From: Acidobacteriota bacterium
Lineage (GTDB): Bacteria; Acidobacteriota; Thermoanaerobaculia; Multivoradales; UBA5704
Length of the DNA stretch: 64,000 nt
Reading direction: 5' to 3'
Assembly: GCA_034666985.1 (NCBI GenBank)
Contig: JAXDKS010000039.1
Location: 9,087 to 73,086 of the forward strand
How positions within the stretch are numbered: position 1 is the stretch's first letter; each line of letters starts with the position of its first letter. The position numbers and the translations under genes are program-made. The notes below the pieces were generated by a model. The model had not been told where the DNA came from. It saw nothing but the letters and a program-made list of their open reading frames with translations, and ran no database searches. Positions 28,253-35,119 of the stretch are shown piece after piece.

Positions 28253-28520
28253 CCCTCGCGAATTCTGGTCCGGCCCTCGCGAATTCTGGTGCTCCCCTCG
28301 CGAATTTTGGTCCGCCCCTCGCGAGGGCGTTACGAGATCTCGCGAGGGGCGAGTCGAAATTCGCGAGGGCGCAGCCGCCCCTCGCGAGGGCGCTACGAGA
28401 ATTCGCGAGGGCGGGACCAAAATTCGCGAGGGCGCGATGAAAATTCGTGAGGGCTTTACGAGATCTCGTGAGGGGCGGACCAAAATTCGCGGGGGGCGGA
28501 GGAGATTTCGCGAGGGCGCA
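28253..28520. repeat. 13 x 21-bp phased array of palindrome-containing units with TCGCGA core
   Basis: Cores (TCGCGA, twice TCGTGA, once TCGCGG) sit at 28256+21n for n=0..12. Units 1-3 read CCCTCGCGAATT. Units 4 and 7 are the full palindrome CCCTCGCGAGGG. The remaining units read (A/T)(A/T)TTCGCGAGGG, the reverse orientation. The array fills the gap between convergent stops at 28251 and 28537. Confidence 0.95.
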
Positions 28521-28536
28521 CTGGATCTCGAGCCCT

Positions 28537-29166
28537 TCAGGAAGGGGCGTAGCAGTCAGCGAACCACTCCCTCTTCAGAGGGATGAAGGCATTCGAGGCG
28601 TTCTTGAGCGCCGAGCTGTAGAGCGGAGACACGCTGTAGACCTTCTTGCCGAGATCGCGCACGGCCTTGACCGCAGGAGTGAAATCGCCGTCCGCGGAGA
28701 GGAGATAGGCGTAGTCATACTCGTCATTCACCGCCAGCCTGTACATCTCCACTGCCAGCATGACGTCCGCCGCCTTCTCCTTGAGAAGCGAGACCAGCCT
28801 GTGGCGTTGCGCCAAGTCCAGAAGTGAGGACCGGACCTCCGGCTCCAGCGCAGTCCTCCCTACATACAGAATGAGCGCTTCGGCCAACTCATTGGGCTTG
28901 GGACGCTCCTCGATCCGGCCGAGATGTACCGTGATCCGCGAGTCCGTGTTCTGCAGCCCGGAAAGGAACTGCCTCTGCTCGCGGTGTCCCTTGTGCTCCT
29001 GCTTGAGCGCACCGATGTAGTACCGGGTGCCCGTCCACTTCCTGGGAGTCGTCAGCTTACGGGAGATCGCGGCGTAGTCGAGGGTGAACAGGTCCCTGAC
29101 TCCACAATTCTTACAAGCGTGATACCAGTTGTTGCCGTCGATGAAGAGAACCGCCCTGTCCCCCAC
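28537..29166 (-). CDS. NYN-domain (LabA/DUF88-like, PIN-fold) putative ribonuclease
   Basis: 209 aa with a GTG start preceded by GGGAGAG. AVLFIDGNNWYH at the N-terminus and YAYLLSADGDFTPAV fit the NYN/LabA acidic-residue pattern. Two hand-counted 60-nt samples gave 57-58% G+C. Confidence 0.7.
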   Translation of the reverse strand: MGDRAVLFIDGNNWYHACKNCGVRDLFTLDYAAISRKLTTPRKWTGTRYYIGALKQEHKGHREQRQFLSGLQNTDSRITVHLGRIEERPKPNELAEALILYVGRTALEPEVRSSLLDLAQRHRLVSLLKEKAADVMLAVEMYRLAVNDEYDYAYLLSADGDFTPAVKAVRDLGKKVYSVSPLYSSALKNASNAFIPLKREWFADCYAPS

Positions 29167-29170
29167 AACT

Positions 29171-29213
29171 CTCCCAAAAAGAAAGCCCCGGGTGTGCTTA
29201 CGCAGACCCGGGG
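29171..29213 (-). terminator. intrinsic-terminator-like hairpin plus T-tract, located in the NYN gene 5' leader
   Basis: There is a perfect 8-bp stem CCCCGGGT (29186-29193) / ACCCGGGG (29206-29213) with a 12-nt loop. On the minus strand it is followed by CTTTCTTTTTGGGAG (29185-29171), immediately before the NYN start codon. Confidence 0.4.
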
Positions 29214-29313
29214 GAGGTAAATACGTCGGGGGCGAGCCCCGGCGGTTTCTTCAAGAAGAGACTAACCGAGAACTAGACGCTCGTCAACCCCCCTGACCTG
29301 CCGACATAACAGG

Positions 29314-29342
29314 TCTCCTGCTCCGGGAAATTTCGCAGGAGA
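29314..29342. promoter_or_regulatory. inverted repeat TCTCCTGC-N13-GCAGGAGA in the divergent intergenic region (candidate operator)
   Basis: The perfect 8-bp arms lie at 29314-29321 and 29335-29342, about 85 nt upstream of the zinc-ribbon ATG. The only evidence is the sequence symmetry. Confidence 0.3.
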
Positions 29343-29427
29343 TCTTACTGGAAACTGGGAATTTTTCAAGAGGGGTTTCTCCTTCTTCCAGGGGAGTTCG
29401 AGAGGGTTGCCGGGAGATAAAGTAGCC

Positions 29428-29613
29428 ATGAAATGCTACGCCTGCGGATCGGAGATGATCCGAATCCAGACCGCTCTTCCCTTCAAGGTGAGTGAGACCA
29501 CGATCGTTACTGTGAGAGCGCTTCCTGTCCTGCAGTGCGAGTGGTGTCCCGAATTCGCTCTCGAGGACCCGATCCTGGAGAGGGTCGACACCATCCTGAG
29601 GCGGCGCCGCTGA
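29428..29613 (+). CDS. YgiT-type zinc-ribbon protein (MqsA N-terminal-domain-like)
   Basis: From ATG 29428 the 61-aa product is MKCYACGSEMIRIQTALPFKVSETTIVTVRALPVLQCEWCPEFALEDP... It has two C-x-x-C pairs spaced as in YgiT-type zinc fingers. Confidence 0.65.
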   Translation: MKCYACGSEMIRIQTALPFKVSETTIVTVRALPVLQCEWCPEFALEDPILERVDTILRRRR

Positions 29614-29633
29614 GTGGGTTATCCTCTCGCCCC

Positions 29634-30590
29634 ATGGCCGCCCCCGACCTCCTCTACGCCCCCCACGGCGAGCCCGGAAGGTTCTTCAATCCCTGGATGG
29701 CCCCTTCCTCCTCCCGTGGATTCCGCGACCTCCTGCGTTGGAAGCTGGGCAAGAACGAGTACGCCAAGAAGCGGCCGCTGGACATCCCGGTGGTCCGGAA
29801 TGACGGCGCGTATCTAAAGGATGGGGGGCAGCCGCCGTCGGTAACCTGGGTGGGGCACTCGACGTTCGCCATTCAGGACGGCGGGGACGTCGTGCTCACC
29901 GATCCCCACTGGGGAGCCCGGGCCCTCCTGCCTCCCCGGCACAGCCCGCCGGGCATTCCGCTCGGGGCCGTGCCGGGAAAGGCCTTCGCCGTCCTCTCCC
30001 ACTGCCACTACGACCATCTGGACTCGTGGACGGTCCGCCAGCTTCCCGAGGACCTGCCGTGGTACGTCCCCCTGGGGCTCGCGAAGTGGTTTCAGGAGCG
30101 GGGGAGGTTCCGGGTGGTGGAGCTCGACTGGTGGCAGAGCGTCCGTCATGGACGGTGGACCCTCACCTTCCTGCCGGCCCAGCACTGGTCCAACCGCCTG
30201 GGATTGGGGCGCAATGCCACCCTCTGGGGATCGTGGCTCCTCGATTCGGGCGAGCGGCGCTACTACTTCGCGGGGGATTCTGGCTACTTCCATGGCTTCG
30301 CGGAGATCGGACGGCGGTTCGCCCCGCTCGACGTCGCCCTCGTCCCCATCGGCGCCTATGAGCCCCGCTGGTTCATGCGCCCCCAGCACGCCGACCCCGC
30401 GGAGGGCTACCAGGCCTTCCTCGACCTCGGCGCCCGCATCATGATCCCTATGCACTGGGGGTGCTTCAACCTCACGGACGAGCCGGTGGACCTGGCGCCC
30501 AAGGTCCTGGCCCGGGTGCTGGAGGAGAAGGGGGCGGATCGGGAGCGGGTGCGCATCCTGGCCGTGGGCGAGCGCTGGCGGGTGGAGTGA
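29634..30590 (+). CDS. MBL-fold metallo-hydrolase (NAPE-PLD-like)
   Basis: From ATG 29634 the 318-aa product has VTWVGHSTFAIQ, LSHCHYDHLD and the C-terminal MIPMHWGCF. Confidence 0.75.
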   Translation: MAAPDLLYAPHGEPGRFFNPWMAPSSSRGFRDLLRWKLGKNEYAKKRPLDIPVVRNDGAYLKDGGQPPSVTWVGHSTFAIQDGGDVVLTDPHWGARALLPPRHSPPGIPLGAVPGKAFAVLSHCHYDHLDSWTVRQLPEDLPWYVPLGLAKWFQERGRFRVVELDWWQSVRHGRWTLTFLPAQHWSNRLGLGRNATLWGSWLLDSGERRYYFAGDSGYFHGFAEIGRRFAPLDVALVPIGAYEPRWFMRPQHADPAEGYQAFLDLGARIMIPMHWGCFNLTDEPVDLAPKVLARVLEEKGADRERVRILAVGERWRVE

Positions 30591-30617
30591 ATCCCCTGTG
30601 CTAGAGTCCTTCTCTCC

Positions 30618-32330
30618 TTGGGGAGGACTGCCTTGTCCACCTGGCCTTCGGCTCTCTGTGGTTGTCTGCTCCTGTCGTCGCTCTCCGCCTGCCAGTCGAG
30701 CGCTCCCGTGACGATGACTCCCACTCCGGCGCCTTCGCCGACATCCTCGCCAGGTCCGGCCGTGGGGACCCATGGGATGGTCAGCAGCGCCCACCCTCTG
30801 GCCACCCGGGCCGGCCTGGAGGTGCTGCGAGCCGGCGGCAACGCCTTCGACGCGGCGGTGGCGGTCGCCGCCACGCTCAACGTCGTGGAGCCGGAGAGCT
30901 CCGGCATCGGCGGCTACGGCACCATCCTCATCTTCGACGCGAAGTCCGGAAAGCCCTGGTTCCTCAACTCCAGCGGCCGCATCCCCGCCGGGGTCAACTC
31001 CGACGCCTTCCGTGCCCCGACCCCCGACTATCTGGAAAACCGGCGCGGCGCCAAGGCCGTCTCCACCCCGGGCAACCTCCACGCCTGGGCGGCGATGCGC
31101 GAGCGCTACGGCACCCGCCCCTGGGGAGAGCTGCTGGCCCCGGCCATCCGGATCGCCGAGGGGGGCTTCCCCGTCGGCCCGCGGACCGCGGCCGGCCTCG
31201 CCGACGCCTGGGACGAGATCCCCGAGCCGGCTCGGGCCTTCTTCGGCCATGACGGCAAACCCCTGGCCGCCGGCGAGACCCTGGTGCAGAAGGACCTCGC
31301 CCGCACCCTGCGGGCGGTGGCCGAGCAGGGGCCGGACGTCTTCTACCAGGGGGAGATCGGCCGCGCCATCGACGCCGAGATGAAGGCCCGCGGCGGCTTC
31401 CTCGCCCTCTCCGACCTCACGGCCGACCGCGCGGAGTGGTGGGAGCCGGTCCACATCGCCTACCGCGGCCACGAGGTGATGACCACGCCGCCGCCCTCGA
31501 ACGCCTTCCCTTCACTCATCCGCCTGGGGATCCTGAGCCGCTTTGACGTCGCCCGGCTGGGGCACGACAGCGCCGACTACCTCCATCTCTTCGCCGAGGT
31601 GACGAAACGGGGATTCTGGTGCCGCCTGGCCTACGCCGGCGATCCGGAGATCGATCCGCCTCCCCTGGGCCGGCTCCTCTCCCCGGCGTACTGGGACGAG
31701 GAGGCGCGAGCCGTCGACCTGCGGCACTCCCGGCCGTTCACGCCCCCGAGCGCCGTGGGGACCCAGGGGACCAACACCACCCATTTCGTGGTGGCCGACG
31801 GCCTGGGCAACGTGGTGAGCGCCACGCAGACGCTGGGCAACGTCTTCGGCAGCCGCCTCATGCCCCCGGGCACCGGCGTCTGGCTCAACGACTCCCTGGC
31901 CTATTGCACCTTCGAGCCTAAGGGCAATCCCATGGACGCCCACGCGGGCCGGCGCAAGCTCTCGGGCGACTGCCCGACCTTCGTGATGCGGGGCGGCCGG
32001 CCGTGGATCGCCCTCGGCACCCCCGGCGGGCACACGATCGACCAGACGGTGCCTCAGATCGTGATGAACCTGCTGGACTTCGGGATGGACATCCGACAGG
32101 CGATCGCCGCCCCCCGCATCAGCTTCGTCGAGCCGGACGTGCTGGCGGTGGAGGACCGTATCCCGGAGCCGGTGCGCGCCGAGCTGGCGGCCCGGGGACA
32201 CAAGATCCGGGCCGTCAAGGCTCTTGGCAACGCTCATGGGCTCATGGTGGAATACGATGCCATGGGCCGGCCGGTGCGCTTCCTGGGGGCGGCGGATCCC
32301 CGGGGCGACGGCTTGGCCGCAGGGTACTGA
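30618..32330 (+). CDS. ggt: gamma-glutamyltransferase (lipoprotein-type signal)
   Basis: 570 aa with a lipobox-like LSSLSAC, VVEPESSGIGG, and the autoprocessing-site context GTNTTHFVVADGLGNVVS. The track start is TTG. Confidence 0.85.
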   Translation: MGRTALSTWPSALCGCLLLSSLSACQSSAPVTMTPTPAPSPTSSPGPAVGTHGMVSSAHPLATRAGLEVLRAGGNAFDAAVAVAATLNVVEPESSGIGGYGTILIFDAKSGKPWFLNSSGRIPAGVNSDAFRAPTPDYLENRRGAKAVSTPGNLHAWAAMRERYGTRPWGELLAPAIRIAEGGFPVGPRTAAGLADAWDEIPEPARAFFGHDGKPLAAGETLVQKDLARTLRAVAEQGPDVFYQGEIGRAIDAEMKARGGFLALSDLTADRAEWWEPVHIAYRGHEVMTTPPPSNAFPSLIRLGILSRFDVARLGHDSADYLHLFAEVTKRGFWCRLAYAGDPEIDPPPLGRLLSPAYWDEEARAVDLRHSRPFTPPSAVGTQGTNTTHFVVADGLGNVVSATQTLGNVFGSRLMPPGTGVWLNDSLAYCTFEPKGNPMDAHAGRRKLSGDCPTFVMRGGRPWIALGTPGGHTIDQTVPQIVMNLLDFGMDIRQAIAAPRISFVEPDVLAVEDRIPEPVRAELAARGHKIRAVKALGNAHGLMVEYDAMGRPVRFLGAADPRGDGLAAGY

Positions 32331-32348
32331 GATGAGCAGGGTACTGAG

Positions 32349-33179
32349 ATGAGATCATCGCGCTCTCCCCTCCAGCTCGAGCTGTTCGGCCCCCAGCCGG
32401 CATCGCCGGGGACGCCGTCCCTCGTGCCGCTGCCCAAAGCGCCGCGCTTCGACCTCCAGCGCCGGCTCAACCGCCTGACCGGCGGCCGGCTGCGCTCCCT
32501 GGAGCTGACGGACAACCGGAAGATCATCCTGAGCGTGCGCTCCGGCCGGGTGGGCAACCGCGCGCCCCTGGAGCTGCGCATCCACCGCTCCTTCACCCAG
32601 GCGCCGGAGGACGTCCTCCAGGCCGTCGCCACCTTCGTCGAGAGCAAGCGGGGGAGCGACCGGGCGCGGGAGGCCCTGGCGGTCATCCGCGAGCACTTCT
32701 CGGTCCACCGTGCGTCCGCCCGCGCCCGTCAGTACCGGCTCCAGCCGGAGGGGGTGGCCCTGGACCTGCGGGAGCTCCGGAACGACCTCAACGAGCGCTA
32801 TTTCGAAGGGCGCCTGGGGGTGGAGATCACCTGGGGGGCCGCTGGCGGGGCCCACCGCTGCCGCGGCCGCAAGACCTCCAGCCTCCAGCTCGGCAGCTAC
32901 TCCTACGAGGACCGGCTGATCCGCATCCACCGGGTGCTGGACGACCCCGGCGTCCCCCGCTTCGTGGTGGAGGCCGTGGTCTATCACGAGCTCCTCCACG
33001 CCGACATGCCGCCCGAGGTGCGGGGCGGCAAGCGCTATTTCCACACCCCGGAGTTCCGCCGCCGGGAGCGCCTGTACCGCAATCTCTGGCGGGCCGAGCG
33101 CTGGATCGGCGAGCACCTCTCCGAGCTGCTGCGGGCTCGCCAGACCCTGGCGGCGGCGAAGCGGACCCGGAAGCGGTAG
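32349..33179 (+). CDS. SprT-like / DUF45-type zinc metallopeptidase-domain protein
   Basis: 276 aa with the H-E-x-x-H motif VVYHELLHA and a preceding LNERYFEGRL segment of the SprT-like type. It is Arg-rich. Confidence 0.55.
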   Translation: MRSSRSPLQLELFGPQPASPGTPSLVPLPKAPRFDLQRRLNRLTGGRLRSLELTDNRKIILSVRSGRVGNRAPLELRIHRSFTQAPEDVLQAVATFVESKRGSDRAREALAVIREHFSVHRASARARQYRLQPEGVALDLRELRNDLNERYFEGRLGVEITWGAAGGAHRCRGRKTSSLQLGSYSYEDRLIRIHRVLDDPGVPRFVVEAVVYHELLHADMPPEVRGGKRYFHTPEFRRRERLYRNLWRAERWIGEHLSELLRARQTLAAAKRTRKR

Positions 33180-33254
33180 CCGTTCCTTGCCTCTCACCTC
33201 TTCTTCTGCGACAATCACTCGTCGCCCTGTGGAAAACAAGTTGCTGGACCCTGA

Positions 33255-33872
33255 TTGAGCCGTATTGAGCCGTATACGCACGTGCCGATTCTGAAGCGCG
33301 AAGCCGATCTCTCCCCCCGCCATCTGTTCGAGCTGTCCCGGTCCGAGCACCCCTGGTGGGTGGCCTACGTGCGCAGCCGTCAGGAGAAGGGGCTGGCCCG
33401 CCATCTGGGGGGGCACGGGGTGGGGTTCTACCTGCCTCAGGGGGAGAAGCAGGTGCGGCGGGCGGGACGGACGTTCGTCTCTTCCCTCCCCCTTTTCCCC
33501 GGCTACCTCTTCTTCCGGGGTGCCGCCGAGGCGCGCCGGACGGCGCTCCAGAGCAACCTCATCGTCCAGGTGCTGCCGGTGACGGACCAGGCACGGTTGG
33601 AGGAGGAGCTGGCGAGCCTCTGGCGGCTGCAGCAGGCGGGAATCCCCCTCGTCTCCCATCCTTATCTGGAGATCGGAGACGAGGTCGAGGTCGTGGACGG
33701 CCCGTTCCGGGGATGGACCGGCAAGGTGCTGCGGGAGAAGGGCAGGCTGCGGCTGATCGTCTCCATCACCCTCCTGCGCCAAGCCGTGGCCGCGGAGCTG
33801 GACCGCGAGGCCCTGGCTCCCCTGCGCCGGCGCCTCCCGGCGCCGATGCCGCGGACCGCTGCCGTCGGGTAG
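33255..33872 (+). CDS. NusG-family specialised paralog (UpxY/RfaH-like antiterminator) heading the polysaccharide locus
   Basis: It has an NGN-like segment WWVAYVRSRQEKGLARHL...LFPGYLFF and a KOW-like segment GDEVEVVDGPFRGWTGKV. The track start TTG 33255 lies inside a 10-bp tandem duplication, so GTG 33282 is an alternative start. Confidence 0.75.
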   Translation: MSRIEPYTHVPILKREADLSPRHLFELSRSEHPWWVAYVRSRQEKGLARHLGGHGVGFYLPQGEKQVRRAGRTFVSSLPLFPGYLFFRGAAEARRTALQSNLIVQVLPVTDQARLEEELASLWRLQQAGIPLVSHPYLEIGDEVEVVDGPFRGWTGKVLREKGRLRLIVSITLLRQAVAAELDREALAPLRRRLPAPMPRTAAVG

Positions 33873-33987
33873 GGGGGGCGTGGATTCGGGCGCGATTCGT
33901 CGCGTCCCACCCCTCGGTGTCGTCGTCGATGTACACCGAAGGGGGCGGAGCCTGCCCGGCAGACCTCCCCGGTGGATTGATCTTCTG

Positions 33988-35106
33988 ATGCCGAACCGCA
34001 CGCCACGCGATCTCGTCTTCGTCTCCGCCGGCCTCGGCCTGGACGGCGGCGGCCGTGCCCTGGCGGGCAGGCTGCTGGCCGGCGCCGGCGCCGACTTCGC
34101 CCGCCGGCGGGGGATCGGCTTTCACCTCCTCACCCTGGAAGGCGGCGGCCTGCCGGGGTCGGAGGCGCCGTGCCGGTCGTTCGGCGGCAACGCGCGGGCG
34201 CTCGCGCTCCACCTCTGGCAACGGCAGCTCGCCGACCGTGGACATCGCGGGCACCGCGAGGCGTACGTCTTCGACCTGCTGGGGCCGGCCCGGGTGCAGG
34301 CGTATCTTCCCGGTCCGCTGCGGGCCCCCTATCTGGTGCCGCTGTACGGCATCGAGGTCTGGCGCCCCCTGGAATGGGATCGCCGCCGGGCCCTGGCCCG
34401 GGCGGCCGCCCGCTTCGCCATCTCCGCCTACACGCTGGAACGGGCCCGGCCGTTCTGCCCGGACCCCTCGGGGACGGTCATCCTCCCCCTGGCGCTCGAG
34501 GAGCGGGCGGAGGAGGGGACGGTCGACGCCCCGCTGATCGGGCGGGTGGGCCGCGGCTTCCTCCTGATCGTGGGGAGGATGGCCATGAGCGAGCGCTACA
34601 AGGGGCACGACCAGCTCCTCGAAGCGCTGCCGCGCGTCCGCGAGCTGTGCCCCAACGCCCACCTGGTGGTGGCGGGCGAGGGCGACGACCGGCGGCGTCT
34701 CGAAGAGAAGGCGGACTACCTGGGGGTCGGCTCCGCGGTCCTCTTCGCCGGCTTCACCAGCGAGGCGACGCTCGCGGAGCTCTACCGGCGATGCGCGGTC
34801 TTCGTCATGCCCAGCCGCGGCGAGGGCTTCGGCCTCGTCTATCTGGAGGCGATGCGGGCCGCCCGGCCGGTGGTGGCCGCGCGGGGGAGCGCCGCGGAGG
34901 AGATCGTGGTGGACGGCGAGACCGGTCTCCTGATCGATCCGGACGACCGGGAGCAGCTCTCCCGGGTCCTCGCCCGCCTGCTTCGCGACGCCGGCGGCGC
35001 GCGGCGGATGGGCTGGGCCGGCCGCGAGCGCTGGGAGAGGGAGCTCGGACTGGACCGGTTCCGGGAGCGGCTGGAGCCTCTGCTGGAACGGCTGGTGGAA
35101 ACCTAG
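33988..35106 (+). CDS. glycosyltransferase family 4 (GT-B)
   Basis: From ATG 33988 (MPNRTPRDLVFVSAG). It has the E-x7-E region FVMPSRGEGFGLVYLEAMRAARPVVA. Confidence 0.85.
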   Translation: MPNRTPRDLVFVSAGLGLDGGGRALAGRLLAGAGADFARRRGIGFHLLTLEGGGLPGSEAPCRSFGGNARALALHLWQRQLADRGHRGHREAYVFDLLGPARVQAYLPGPLRAPYLVPLYGIEVWRPLEWDRRRALARAAARFAISAYTLERARPFCPDPSGTVILPLALEERAEEGTVDAPLIGRVGRGFLLIVGRMAMSERYKGHDQLLEALPRVRELCPNAHLVVAGEGDDRRRLEEKADYLGVGSAVLFAGFTSEATLAELYRRCAVFVMPSRGEGFGLVYLEAMRAARPVVAARGSAAEEIVVDGETGLLIDPDDREQLSRVLARLLRDAGGARRMGWAGRERWERELGLDRFRERLEPLLERLVET

Positions 35107-35119
35107 GGTTATTCGATTT

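Noticed and set aside
28253-28520. CRISPR array, or the coding ORFs 28016..28483 (PSR heptads) and 28447..28827, across the TCGCGA array
   Set aside because: The unit is 21 bp with only about 9 variable nt, orientation flips within the array, and there are no cas genes. The minus ORF runs antisense into the SRPBCC gene, and the plus ORF runs antisense into the NYN gene.
29167-29427. Small hidden toxin ORF or tRNA in the 261-bp NYN/zinc-ribbon intergenic region
   Set aside because: There is no ATG-started ORF in the plus strand of this interval before 29428, and I could find no cloverleaf-like arrangement. Only hairpins and dyads are present, and these are reported separately.
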